Notes: generated by a model from the sequence alone, not told the origin. A stretch of DNA of 64,000 bases from an uncultured SAR116 cluster alpha proteobacterium (GCA_902632595.1 CACPDC010000007.1:3176-67175); one strand, 5' to 3'. Shown: positions 51,075 to 60,883, numbered from the stretch's first letter. Numbers and translations are program-made.

Positions 51075-52004
51075 TCATTTTATAACAGTTCTCAAATCAT
51101 ACCAATGCGGTGGTTTAATGGCTATAGGTCCAAGGTTTGATTGCAAGCCTTTTTTTGAATTAACATATAATTTAATAGCATCCATACGGAGAGTTGCGAG
51201 TGCGATATAACTTTCATTTTCTAATTTAACCGAGCTATGACAGCACCCGATTTGTTTTTCGCCTTGATACACAAGCATGTCCTTCCTAAGTGGTGTAGGG
51301 GAGGAAATAGGGATCATTTTTTTCTTAGCTAGTCCTCTATATTTGGTTCTCGCTGTTACTTCCTGTCCAATAAAGCAACCTTTATTGAAGTCAACCGCTG
51401 AAAAAATGTCGAGATTTGTCTCCAACATAAGGGCACGGTTTGGGGTAAGATCTATTTTCCCTAAAGGAACCATGTTACTAATTCGTATTTCATCCCAACT
51501 GGCAAGGTCAGCATTTTTCCAGTTTTGATTTACTTTATCACTAATTTTTCCATTTCTTATGATGTGTAACCCAAGAGCAGAGCAACGTTGGTCTCTGAAA
51601 ATTAACTCATTACCATCTAATTTAGCACTGATTTTGTTAATCTGACTTGAGACAAAGGTTTTTTTTCCTAAATAAAAAAGGTGAGCGGAACTCCAGTTTT
51701 CTAAAATTTTAATAGTTATTAATTTTCTCAATCTATACATCTCAAAACTTTTTTTGAGATCTAAAATTTGGTCCTTTCCGACCTCTAACCAAAAACAATC
51801 AGCCTTTATTCGGAAGACAAGCATATCATGTAAAATTCTTCCCTGTGGCGAGAGAAGACAAGCCATTCGCATTTCCCCCACAGGTAATGTTTTTAACTCC
51901 GCTGTGAGTATATCATTTAGAAATGAGCCGACGTCTCCCCCAGCCAACTCAATCGCAGCACGTTCATGTTTTAAGCAATAAAAAAGGGTCATCATCCGAA
52001 CCAT
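51075..52004 (-). CDS. ygfZ: YgfZ-type folate-binding protein (aminomethyltransferase fold)
   Basis: FLNDILT.., VDFNKGCFIGQEVTAR (KGCYxGQE signature), about 305 aa. Confidence 0.7.
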   Translation of the reverse strand: MVRMMTLFYCLKHERAAIELAGGDVGSFLNDILTAELKTLPVGEMRMACLLSPQGRILHDMLVFRIKADCFWLEVGKDQILDLKKSFEMYRLRKLITIKILENWSSAHLFYLGKKTFVSSQINKISAKLDGNELIFRDQRCSALGLHIIRNGKISDKVNQNWKNADLASWDEIRISNMVPLGKIDLTPNRALMLETNLDIFSAVDFNKGCFIGQEVTARTKYRGLAKKKMIPISSPTPLRKDMLVYQGEKQIGCCHSSVKLENESYIALATLRMDAIKLYVNSKKGLQSNLGPIAIKPPHWYDLRTVIK

Positions 52005-52096
52005 ATTAAAATGTTATAGTAAAAAGCTTGAGGTAATTTTGTCTACTAAATATAGATACCAAAATATCAATAGTATTAGCCTATTCAAAATTATTT

Positions 52097-53341
52097 TTAT
52101 TTTTCCAGAAAGTTAAATCTTATAACGGCAGCAATTACAGGATAGGTGCTTATGACTACAAGTACCAACATTATACCCGTTAAACCAAAACCCTTATCAA
52201 TTATTATGCCAAGTAAAATTGGCGAAATAGCACTTGAGCCAACCGTAACAGGTTGTGCAGTCGCTCTTATTTCTCCAAGCCATTTTGTACCATACTTTTC
52301 TGCAAGAAGAGCATTAGTGTTGCTTGTAATCATCCCAGATGCAACGCCGAACAAGGAAAAAAATAAAATTAAAGCAATGTTTTGCTCTCCGAGCCAGAGG
52401 CATATTATGCCAATCATCAGGGCAGAATGACCAATGAAACTTGTTTTTTTTGCTGACACCCAATCTATTAAAAAACCCGATAAGACAGCACCTAGAATGG
52501 CAGTAAATGCATAAAAGGCGTAATATTTAGACCAGTGAAACAAGGTGACATATTTTTCTTCTGCTAGAAAAATTTGATGAAATAATATACCAGTTATTGT
52601 AAAGGACGGAACAGCAATTATTGGCAGGATAACAATCCAAAATTCCATATTTTTAAATAGGTCTTTGCGCCTGAGATCTGCAATTTTTTCCGTTTTGTTA
52701 ATAAGTTCATCAGAACCATTGATATTTTTTTCTTGAAAGGATGTCTTTTTTGTAAGACGGGACAGAAATGGCACGATCGAAAGAACAAAAATGAAGGGGA
52801 TAATTATCCAGACTTGTCGCCATCCTACGTAAAAAAGTAGAAAAACTATAGCAGGAGGCCCAATGGACTCGGCTATATTTATTCCCAGGCCTGTAATAGC
52901 GAGTGCTCGTCCTCTGGTTGCCTTATATCGTCTTGCAATGGCAACGCTATACACGTGCGTCATCATTCCTTGGCCAAATAGCCGTAATAAATAAAGGCCT
53001 AAAACAAGAGTGAGAACTCCTGATATAAATGAGAAAAATACGCCAGAGAGTGTTAAAGCTATTATGGTAATTAGGCTTAGATGGAAAACAGTTAGTTTAT
53101 CTGCCTGTTTTCCTAACCAGAACAATGTTAAAGCACTTATCATTGTTGCAATTGCATAATATCCACCAAATTCTCCATGGCTAAGTGAAAGTTCGTTTCG
53201 AATTTCTAGTGAAAATAACGAAATAAAAAATGTTTGACCAATAGATGACCAGAAAGACATCATCACGCCGTAAGTCAAAAAACGCCATTCTAGCTTGAGT
53301 AATTCAGTTGTGGATATTTGTGCTGCTGTGGAATGCGGCAT
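52097..53341 (-). CDS. MFS transporter
   Basis: 12 hydrophobic segments with a central loop, 414 aa. Confidence 0.7.
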   Translation of the reverse strand: MPHSTAAQISTTELLKLEWRFLTYGVMMSFWSSIGQTFFISLFSLEIRNELSLSHGEFGGYYAIATMISALTLFWLGKQADKLTVFHLSLITIIALTLSGVFFSFISGVLTLVLGLYLLRLFGQGMMTHVYSVAIARRYKATRGRALAITGLGINIAESIGPPAIVFLLFYVGWRQVWIIIPFIFVLSIVPFLSRLTKKTSFQEKNINGSDELINKTEKIADLRRKDLFKNMEFWIVILPIIAVPSFTITGILFHQIFLAEEKYVTLFHWSKYYAFYAFTAILGAVLSGFLIDWVSAKKTSFIGHSALMIGIICLWLGEQNIALILFFSLFGVASGMITSNTNALLAEKYGTKWLGEIRATAQPVTVGSSAISPILLGIIIDKGFGLTGIMLVLVVISTYPVIAAVIRFNFLEK

Positions 53342-53416
53342 CTAAAATCATTTCTTTTGAAATCCAAAGTTTAAATTCAATTCGTAAAATAAGTATAAAC
53401 CATAATTGAGGAATAT

Positions 53417-54037
53417 ATGAACCGACTTTTAGCTTGTTTTGCCTTTCTAGCTCTTATTTTTTTTATGAGTTTATTTCAGGCTTGCTCTCAACAAACATTA
53501 TCATCATTTGACAACACTAAACCAAAGTTTTCTCTGTTCGAATTTTTTGAGGGTGACAGCCTCGCCTACGGTATCTTTGAGGATAGATTTGGAAATTTAA
53601 GACGTCGTTTCAAGGTCAATATATCCGGGTCCATATCACAACAGACTATAAGCGGAAAGGAAGTTGAACAAATAACGCTTGTGGAAGATTTTGTTTATGA
53701 AGATGGTGAAAAACAACAGCGAATTTGGACTATAAAAAAGGATATTTTAGAAAATGGTTCTGAAATTTATAATGGACAAGCTCAAGACGTAATCGGCACT
53801 GCAGAAGGAAGTGCATCGGGGAGCACATTTTATTGGCAATATGACGTTGATTTAAATATTTTGGACAAAAGTTTTCGAGTAAAATTTAAAGACTGGATAT
53901 ATCAGATGGACGACTACATAGCTATTAACAAAGCAACTGTTAGCAAGTTCGGCATCGAAGTCGGCACTGTAACTCTCGTTTTTGTTCGGGGTGATCCTGC
54001 CTCACTTATAGGGTCATTTGATATTTCGGGGTGGTAA
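53417..54037 (+). CDS. DUF3833 family lipoprotein
   Basis: Lipobox-like LFQAC, then FEFFEGDSLAYGIFEDRFGNLRRRF, typical of DUF3833. Confidence 0.6.
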   Translation: MNRLLACFAFLALIFFMSLFQACSQQTLSSFDNTKPKFSLFEFFEGDSLAYGIFEDRFGNLRRRFKVNISGSISQQTISGKEVEQITLVEDFVYEDGEKQQRIWTIKKDILENGSEIYNGQAQDVIGTAEGSASGSTFYWQYDVDLNILDKSFRVKFKDWIYQMDDYIAINKATVSKFGIEVGTVTLVFVRGDPASLIGSFDISGW

Positions 54038-54056
54038 TTCTAAGCTATTTGAAGAG

Positions 54057-54425
54057 TCAGATAGCTTCTATATCTCGAGTTTGCCAATATTCCTCCCCAT
54101 AATCATGAAATATTTCGCAACCTGCTTTTATTTCGCACGTAGCTTTGAAAAGAACAAATCTGTTGTCTGTTGGGTCTATTTCCCAATCACAATTACCAGG
54201 GCTTGAATGATTGAAGAGCATTCCCACACCCATCATAACTAGGTAATCTGAAGTGCAATCTGGGCTTGTGAAAAGATAATCATTTAGCCTATTATTTTCC
54301 TGTAAGTCATCGTCATCTATTACGATGTATGCACATCTTTCAATTAAATCACCAATTTTTATATTTTGTGTTGCAAAAACTCCAAGTCCGTGAGTTTTAG
54401 AGTCTTTTATTTGATATCTTTGCAT
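54057..54425 (-). CDS. minimal SET-domain protein (putative lysine methyltransferase)
   Basis: GLGVFATQNIKIGDLI (GxG SAM pocket), FNHSSPGNC (NHS motif), CEIFHDYG (catalytic Tyr region). 122 aa. Confidence 0.7.
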   Translation of the reverse strand: MQRYQIKDSKTHGLGVFATQNIKIGDLIERCAYIVIDDDDLQENNRLNDYLFTSPDCTSDYLVMMGVGMLFNHSSPGNCDWEIDPTDNRFVLFKATCEIKAGCEIFHDYGEEYWQTRDIEAI

Positions 54426-54457
54426 TTATTGTAATCGCTATATCATTATTAATATAG

Positions 54458-54533
54458 ATGGTGCTGCTGAATGGATTTGAACCATCGACCTCACCCTTAC
54501 CAAGGGTGTGCTCTACCTACTGAGCTACAGCAG
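54458..54533 (-). tRNA. tRNA-Thr (anticodon GGT)
   Basis: Minus-strand cloverleaf GCTGCTG-TA-GCTC..GAGC-A-CACCC-TTGGTAA-GGGTG-AGGTC-GATGG-TTCAAAT-CCATT-CAGCAGC-ACCA. Confidence 0.9.
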
Positions 54534-54601
54534 CTTTTTGCCGGATCTTTACCCGAATGGGTTCGGGTTTGCAAGCAACTTTCCTAAGTAATTTGTAAAA
54601 C

Positions 54602-56023
54602 TCAAGGTAGTAGCATGAAGCGTAATTTAATAAGCCAATTCATTTTCTCACCAAAAAGAGCTTTTGAATAAAAAGCACTAGCCGCAATTTTTATGGTCTC
54701 TCCATAGGATGGGTATGGAAAACTTAATCTTGCTAATGCGCTAAGTTTTAGCTTATGCGTGATTGCAAAAGTGCAGCATTGAATTAGCTCCCCAGCGTAT
54801 GGTGCAAAAATGGTTGCGCCAATAAGCTTTCCGTTTCGCTTTGCTACAAGTTGAACTAATCCATTAAGACTACCTTCAGTAACACATCTGTCATTTGTCT
54901 CAAATTTTTTTCTGATGCATATAATGTTTTGAGCTCCGAATTCCAACTCTGCGGCTTTTTTGGTATAACCTACTTGCGATAGTTCAGGTTCTATGTAAAT
55001 TGTGGTCGGAATAATTTTGGTATTAATTTTTGCTGGAATCTTTAGCAATATATTCTTTAAAGCTACAGTCGCATGTTCAGAAGCTAGATTGGTATGTCTA
55101 CTTGAAGTTATGACATCACCAATAGCATAAATACGTTTATTGTTAGTCTGAAGGCGAGTATTGGTATTTATTAGACCATTCTTTTCAATTACACCCGCTT
55201 TTTCAAGGCCAATAGCCTTGGTATTAATTAGTCTTCCAGTTGAGACTAGAATATGTGACCCAGTGATCAATTTTTTTTTCGTTTTTATCAATATTTTTTT
55301 ATTCTTGGATACTATTTTATCGATAGATGTTCGTTCATGAAAAATTATTCCCTCTGAGGCTAGCATCTTTCGAATGACTTTTGTGAATTCACTATCTTGT
55401 TTCCATAGAAGACTTTTGGACTCAATAACGCTTACTTGAGCGCCAAGCCTGTTAAATGCCTGCGCTAACTCTATTCCAATCGAACCGCCCCCGATAATAA
55501 TCAAATGTGAGGGTAACTCCGCTAAAGAAAATATAGTTTCATTCGTAAAATATGGTGAATCTTTGAGTCCTTTTATCTCTGGAATTATGGGTTCCGTTCC
55601 AGTTGCAATCACTGCATATTTGAAATTTACTTTAACCGAATTTGAACAAACTTCATTCCTGGCTGTAAATTTTGCATGTTCCCGAATGACATTGACGCCC
55701 AATTTTTTAAACCTTACTTCTGAGTCATGAGGAGAAATTTTATCAATAACCTTGGAAATATTTTTTGTGACTTCATTAAAATTTATGGTTGGTTTTGAAG
55801 ATATAAAGATGCCTTTCTTCTCTAAATTTCGCATGTGATAAACTGCTTTGGCGCTTGAAATCAAAGTTTTGGAAGGGATACACCCGTAATTAAGGCAATC
55901 ACCCCCCATTTTCCCAGATTCAAATAATACTGTCCTTGCTCCCATTTGTGCAGCACCGGACGCCATGGACAATCCAGCCGCACCACCTCCAATTATACAT
56001 ATGTCTGTACTGATTTCTTTCAT
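54602..56023 (-). CDS. pyridine nucleotide-disulfide oxidoreductase (dihydrolipoyl dehydrogenase/mercuric reductase-like)
   Basis: GGGAAG FAD fold, redox-active GGDCLNYGCIPSK, second Rossmann IIGGGSIGIELA, C-terminal dimerisation domain. Confidence 0.8.
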   Translation of the reverse strand: MKEISTDICIIGGGAAGLSMASGAAQMGARTVLFESGKMGGDCLNYGCIPSKTLISSAKAVYHMRNLEKKGIFISSKPTINFNEVTKNISKVIDKISPHDSEVRFKKLGVNVIREHAKFTARNEVCSNSVKVNFKYAVIATGTEPIIPEIKGLKDSPYFTNETIFSLAELPSHLIIIGGGSIGIELAQAFNRLGAQVSVIESKSLLWKQDSEFTKVIRKMLASEGIIFHERTSIDKIVSKNKKILIKTKKKLITGSHILVSTGRLINTKAIGLEKAGVIEKNGLINTNTRLQTNNKRIYAIGDVITSSRHTNLASEHATVALKNILLKIPAKINTKIIPTTIYIEPELSQVGYTKKAAELEFGAQNIICIRKKFETNDRCVTEGSLNGLVQLVAKRNGKLIGATIFAPYAGELIQCCTFAITHKLKLSALARLSFPYPSYGETIKIAASAFYSKALFGEKMNWLIKLRFMLLP

Positions 56024-56029
56024 GATTAT

Positions 56030-56758
56030 TTAACTTTTACTATCATTTTTTGCTCTTAATAAGCGGTAAATTGCTGTTGTCAATATAAGTAGTCCTAATC
56101 CAGTAAGAGGCATCCATATTCTGCTGTCTATTAGGCTTGCCATATTTGGCCATTTACCTTTTGATAGCAATGTGTCCATAGTATTGCCAACCCATACATA
56201 CAATATAGTTCCTGGCATAATGCCAAAGAAAGTAGCGGCAAAATAGCTTTGAAGTGAAATAGTTGTAAATGCAGGGAGGATATTAATCACCCAAAATGGC
56301 ACTACTGGTAATAGGCGCAAGCCTAGTAATAAAAAAAATGAATTATCCTTAAAATCAGGGCGAATAATTGATTGGTGTAATCGCGTTTTATTGTAAAGCC
56401 AATCTGATAGAACTGTGCGTGCTGCCAAGAACAGGAGACAAGCACCAAAACTGGCTGCAAATAATATGATTAAAAGTGCCGACCAACCAAACAGAGCAGA
56501 ACCCAAAACAGTTAAAAATGAAGCGAATGGAAATGAGAAAGCTACAATAAAGAGATATAAAAGAAAATAGATGACTTGAGCTTTTAATAGGTCAGTTTGA
56601 ATAAGAGATTTTAACTTAGTATACTCAAACAATACATTCTCATTAAAAAAAAGAATATATCCTCCCTTACTCAAAAAAATAAATATAACAGCAAAAAATA
56701 TGCTAATTAATAGCCAAGAGCGATATTTTAAAACAATGTTATTTAATTTTTTTTGCAT
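56030..56758 (-). CDS. TVP38/TMEM64 (DedA-related) family membrane protein
   Basis: Polytopic 242-aa protein with RLLPVVPFWVINILPA motif. Sits upstream of the disulfide oxidoreductase, a pairing I recall in proteobacteria. Confidence 0.7.
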   Translation of the reverse strand: MQKKLNNIVLKYRSWLLISIFFAVIFIFLSKGGYILFFNENVLFEYTKLKSLIQTDLLKAQVIYFLLYLFIVAFSFPFASFLTVLGSALFGWSALLIILFAASFGACLLFLAARTVLSDWLYNKTRLHQSIIRPDFKDNSFFLLLGLRLLPVVPFWVINILPAFTTISLQSYFAATFFGIMPGTILYVWVGNTMDTLLSKGKWPNMASLIDSRIWMPLTGLGLLILTTAIYRLLRAKNDSKS

Positions 56759-57013
56759 AGTTAAATATTTGTGATCGAAATTTTAAATTGTCTAGCATGG
56801 TTTAAATTTGTCTAAGGGTGTTTATACTTATTTAAATCAGAAAAAAATTTCTGCCAGTCATTATATTTATCATGTGAAAATAAATAATTATTTTGGTGTG
56901 TAAAAAAATAGTTGCATTGTATTTCTCAGAACCAACTTTGTGTAACCTGTTGGGTATTGAAAAACGATTTTTAAATTTTATGACTTTATATTCTCGTTCG
57001 CAAAGGAAAATAA

Positions 57014-57160
57014 ATGGATAAATCTTCAAAAAAAATAAGTTCAAAAATTAATAATAAACAAGAAAGATCAGCGAAGTCTTTGAGAGCAAATTTACTTAAG
57101 CGGAAATCACAATCAAGAAGTAGATTAGAAATTAAAAATAAGGAAAAACTGAATGGATAA
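57014..57160 (+). CDS. putative 48-aa highly basic small protein
   Basis: Own translation: MDKSSKKISSKINNKQERSAKSLRANLLKRKSQSRSRLEIKNKEKLNG. AAGGAA 4 nt upstream of the ATG. The stop overlaps the murA ATG region. Below the ORF-track length cutoff. Confidence 0.3.
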   Translation: MDKSSKKISSKINNKQERSAKSLRANLLKRKSQSRSRLEIKNKEKLNG

Positions 57161-58406
57161 GCTTGTTATCGATGGAGGATACAGATTGTCTGGAACAATA
57201 AAAATAAGTGGTGCAAAAAATGCTGCGCTACCATTGATAGCGTCTGCTCTCATGTGTGGTGGTATTTTGAGGCTGACCAATGTTCCTTGGCTCGCAGATA
57301 CTTTGTCAATGATGAAATTAATTGAACATTTAGGTCTTCAGACACAAAAAAAAGATGATGAAATTAAAATTTCTGGTGAAGCAAGCTCATTGGATGCTCC
57401 ATATGAGCAAGTTCGAAAAATGCGCGCCTCTATTCTTGTACTAGGCCCGTTGCTAGCTCGATACGGGAATGTAAAAGTTTCACTTCCGGGTGGGTGTGCC
57501 ATTGGAACACGACCAGTAGATTTACATATTTGGGCTATGCAAAAATTGGGTGCAATTGTAGAGGTTGCGGATGGCTACATAAAGGCTCGATGTAGGAAAG
57601 GATTAATTGGAACCAAGATAGTATTCCCTTTTGTATCAGTTGGGGCAACCGAAAATACCATGATGGCCGCTACCTTAGCAAAAGGAAGGACACAGATAAT
57701 AAATGCAGCTAGGGAACCAGAGATAATTGATCTTGGTAATTGTCTGAATTCAATGGGTGCAAAAATTTCCGGTCATGGAACTGACAACATTGTTATAGAA
57801 GGAGTGGCAAGTTTATCATCCGCAAATCATCGTGTTATTGCTGATAGGATTGAAGCAGGAACCTTCGCAATTGCAGCTGCAATAACACAAGGCGACCTGA
57901 CCTTAGTTAACATGGATCCGGTTTATCTCAATGCGTTGTTTGCAGTGCTTGAGCAGACAGGTGCAACGATACAAATCGGTGAAGAGTCGGTAAGAGTGTT
58001 CAGTTCATCTCGTGCTAAACCTGTGGATATTGCTACACAGCCATATCCGGGGTTTCCAACAGATCTCCAGGCCCAGTATATGTCTTTAATGGCAGTTGCA
58101 GATGGAAGCTCAAAAATATCAGAGACAATTTTTGAAAATAGATTTATGCATGTTCCTGAGCTATTGAGGATGAGTGGAGATATCCAAATTGATGGCAGAA
58201 GTTGCATTGTACATGGCAAAGCTAATTTAAAACCGGCCCCTGTAATGGCAACAGATTTGCGCGCCTCTGTTTGTTTGGTCTTAGCGGCATTAGCTACTGA
58301 GGGTAAAACAACTATAAGCCGTATTTATCATTTAGATAGAGGTTATGCTAATCTTGAAGAAAAGTTAAATAAATGTGGCGCGCAAATTGAAAGAAAAATT
58401 GGATAA
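57153..58406 (+). CDS. murA: UDP-N-acetylglucosamine 1-carboxyvinyltransferase
   Basis: ISGAKNAALP, active-site Cys loop LPGGCAIGTRPVDLH, colinear over 417 aa. Confidence 0.94.
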   Translation: MDKLVIDGGYRLSGTIKISGAKNAALPLIASALMCGGILRLTNVPWLADTLSMMKLIEHLGLQTQKKDDEIKISGEASSLDAPYEQVRKMRASILVLGPLLARYGNVKVSLPGGCAIGTRPVDLHIWAMQKLGAIVEVADGYIKARCRKGLIGTKIVFPFVSVGATENTMMAATLAKGRTQIINAAREPEIIDLGNCLNSMGAKISGHGTDNIVIEGVASLSSANHRVIADRIEAGTFAIAAAITQGDLTLVNMDPVYLNALFAVLEQTGATIQIGEESVRVFSSSRAKPVDIATQPYPGFPTDLQAQYMSLMAVADGSSKISETIFENRFMHVPELLRMSGDIQIDGRSCIVHGKANLKPAPVMATDLRASVCLVLAALATEGKTTISRIYHLDRGYANLEEKLNKCGAQIERKIG

Positions 58407-58409
58407 AAA

Positions 58410-58898
58410 ATGGGTGAGGAACCAAATAAAAATTTTGGGAAGCAACTTTTGAACAAAAGAGATGGAGCTCTTTTCTTTAGGGCTAAGAATGAGCAGGATT
58501 TAGCTGTCTTATCGAGTTTATTACAGGATGCCATGATAAATAATTTAGATTTTCAATTTTCAAAGAAGGAAAAAACTTTTTTGTTTGTTGCGAATCGATT
58601 TTGTTGGGAAAATGTTGCGAGTAAAACAAAGGAAAAAGTCTTTCAACGTGTTTTATCAGGTGTGAATATACAGAATGTTACTTCCGTAAAACACAAAAAT
58701 TTTATATCTAAAAATGATGCTCGAACTGCATTATTTTATAATCTACTAACGGTTGGGTATGACCGTCAAAAAAGTCAAATAACGTTGGTCTTTTCGCTAA
58801 ATGCATGTGTGAAATTAGATGTTTCTAAATTAGATATTTTTATTAAAGATGTAGAAGAGCCATATCCAACTCAAAAAATACCTGACCATTTTAAGTAA
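58410..58898 (+). CDS. DUF2948 family protein
   Basis: LFFRAKNEQDLAVLSSLLQDAM start region typical of DUF2948. Position after murA as I recall it in alphaproteobacteria. Confidence 0.6.
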   Translation: MGEEPNKNFGKQLLNKRDGALFFRAKNEQDLAVLSSLLQDAMINNLDFQFSKKEKTFLFVANRFCWENVASKTKEKVFQRVLSGVNIQNVTSVKHKNFISKNDARTALFYNLLTVGYDRQKSQITLVFSLNACVKLDVSKLDIFIKDVEEPYPTQKIPDHFK

Positions 58899-58965
58899 GG
58901 CGAAAACAATAAATTAAATTATTTTATAAGTGATAGATATGAATATACAGAACAGAGAAAAAAAT

Positions 58966-59610
58966 ATGATCTTGGCAGTCCCTAAAGGAAGAATACTCAA
59001 AGAGGTGATGCCAATTTTAAAGCATGCCGGCATCGAACCTGAGCCAGCTTTTTTTGAGGTAACCGATAGACGATTACGTTTTTCTTCTAATTGTAAAAAC
59101 ATAGACATCATTCGTGTTCGAAGTTTTGACGTGGCAACATTCCTTGCATATGGGGCAGCGCACATAGCAATTGCTGGCTCCGACGTGCTGGAGGAATTTA
59201 ATCACCCGGAAATATATGCCCCTGTCGATCTTCAGATTGGCAAATGTAAGTTAGTAGTAGCAGCGAAAGAGGACACGGTATCTTTATCTGATCAAAGACA
59301 GGTGTCTCAACTTTGTGTTGCTACGAAATACCCAAAGATAACGCAACGATACTTTAGGGAAAAAGGGGTGCAAGTGGATTGTATTAAACTCAATGGCGCG
59401 ATGGAAATTGCACCAAATTTGGGTCTATGCAGGCGTATTGTTGATTTAGTAGAGACTGGTTCGACTTTAACTGCAAATGGATTAGTTGAAATTGAAAAAG
59501 TCATGAATGTCTCATCGAGACTTGCCGTCAATAGAGCATCATGGAAAATGAACCCCGAATTAATTGGTAGCTGGATTGAAAAAATAAGGGAAGCAGCTCA
59601 TTTAGAATAA
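58966..59610 (+). CDS. hisG: ATP phosphoribosyltransferase, short (HisZ-dependent) form
   Basis: MILAVPKGRILKE, VRSFDVATFLAYGAAHIAIAGSDVL, VATKYPKITQRYF, IVDLVETGSTLTANGL. About 214 aa, so no C-terminal regulatory domain. Confidence 0.85.
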   Translation: MILAVPKGRILKEVMPILKHAGIEPEPAFFEVTDRRLRFSSNCKNIDIIRVRSFDVATFLAYGAAHIAIAGSDVLEEFNHPEIYAPVDLQIGKCKLVVAAKEDTVSLSDQRQVSQLCVATKYPKITQRYFREKGVQVDCIKLNGAMEIAPNLGLCRRIVDLVETGSTLTANGLVEIEKVMNVSSRLAVNRASWKMNPELIGSWIEKIREAAHLE

Positions 59611-59648
59611 AAATTAGTGTCAATTGATTGATTGTAGATCGAGAAACA

Positions 59649-60155
59649 ATGAATGAAACGCCATCCAAGGATAAGGCAGTTAAGCTAGTTAATAGGAGCA
59701 CCATCAGCCAACTTAAGGTTGAATTGGACCCGAATAAACGTATTACAGCAGAGCAGCAGCACGAACAATCTGTCGCAATTTATGATATTTTGGACGAAAA
59801 TTATTTTGCTTTGAAAAAACATGATGGGCCCTTTTGTCTGAATATGCGAACAGATTCGCGCCATATTTTCTTTGATATTCGTGATGAAAAAGAGCAACCT
59901 TTAATAGGGTTTGTGATGGCATTAGGCCCTTTTCGACGGATAATTAAAGATTATTTTGAAGTTTGCGAGACATATTATGATGCTATCAGAACTAAGTCTC
60001 CTTCTCAGATACAGGCGATTGATATGGGTAGACGTGCCTTACATAATGAAGGCTCAGAACTTCTTATTAGCAGAATAAATAAATACATTAATACGGATAA
60101 AGCCACATCAAGGCGTCTATTTACCTTGATATGTGTTATGATTGCACGCAAATAA
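59649..60155 (+). CDS. UPF0262 family protein
   Basis: EQQHEQSVAIYDILDENYF and PFRRIIKDYF segments match UPF0262. Conserved position upstream of the LMW phosphatase-infA-maf genes. Confidence 0.65.
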   Translation: MNETPSKDKAVKLVNRSTISQLKVELDPNKRITAEQQHEQSVAIYDILDENYFALKKHDGPFCLNMRTDSRHIFFDIRDEKEQPLIGFVMALGPFRRIIKDYFEVCETYYDAIRTKSPSQIQAIDMGRRALHNEGSELLISRINKYINTDKATSRRLFTLICVMIARK

Positions 60156-60164
60156 AGGTAGAAA

Positions 60165-60602
60165 ATGGAAAAACAAATAAGACAGATTTTGTTTTCTTGC
60201 ACATTAAATGCTATTCGTTCTGTTATGGCAGAAGCATTTTTTAATAGAATTGCGCCAGTTGGTTGGCGAGGCGTTTCTTGTGGGGTTATAGCTGGGCCAG
60301 CAGATGGGTTTACTTTTGCAGTTATGGAAGAAAAAGAAATCTCACTTGATATGCATAGGCAGTCACAAATATTTTCTGATTTTAATTCTAACGAAATTGA
60401 TTATGCTGTAACTTTATCAATAGAGGCACAATATCATCTTGATAAATGGGGTAAATCGGTACCGCAAGAGCACTGGATTGTAAAAGAGCCATTCTCCTCA
60501 GACGATAGTAGAGAAAACCAGTTAAAACAATATAGGCTTATTCGTGACGAAATAAGCACACATGTTTATGAACTTGTTAAACGAATTGGCAATAGTACTT
60601 GA
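60165..60602 (+). CDS. low-molecular-weight phosphatase/ArsC-like family protein
   Basis: N-terminal CX5R(S) loop ILFSCTLNAIRSVMAEAFF, 145 aa. Confidence 0.65.
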   Translation: MEKQIRQILFSCTLNAIRSVMAEAFFNRIAPVGWRGVSCGVIAGPADGFTFAVMEEKEISLDMHRQSQIFSDFNSNEIDYAVTLSIEAQYHLDKWGKSVPQEHWIVKEPFSSDDSRENQLKQYRLIRDEISTHVYELVKRIGNST

Positions 60603-60656
60603 CATTCTGACGTTAAAGCTCATTTTGTGGATATGTTAAATTACAGGGATATGTGA

Positions 60657-60875
60657 ATGGCAAAAGAAGGCGTAATTGAATTTTCCGGTACTGTTGCGGA
60701 ATTACTACCAAATGCTATGTTTCGTGTGAAATTGGATAATGAACATGAGGTTTTGGCACACACGAGTGGAAAAATGCGAAAAAACCGAATACGTGTTTTA
60801 GCTGGTGACAGGGTCAATGTTGAAATGACCCCATACGATCTTACAAAAGGTAGAATTACCTTTAGGTTCAAGTAA
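60657..60875 (+). CDS. infA: translation initiation factor IF-1
   Basis: [53 protein letters not shown], 72 aa S1-like fold. Confidence 0.96.
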   Translation: MAKEGVIEFSGTVAELLPNAMFRVKLDNEHEVLAHTSGKMRKNRIRVLAGDRVNVEMTPYDLTKGRITFRFK

Positions 60876-60883
60876 ATTGAATT

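Noticed and set aside
54550-54567. A 7-bp hairpin, ACCCGAA-tggg-TTCGGGT, between the disulfide oxidoreductase gene and tRNA-Thr, considered as a terminator.
   Set aside because: On the transcribed (minus) strand it is followed by AAAGAU rather than a U-tract, so it does not fit an intrinsic terminator. Its function is undetermined.
56832-57044. A 70-aa minus-strand ORF in the intergenic region upstream of murA.
   Set aside because: The translation is AT-rich and low-complexity (Phe/Ile/Lys/Asn), with no RBS. It overlaps the more plausible plus-strand small ORF start.
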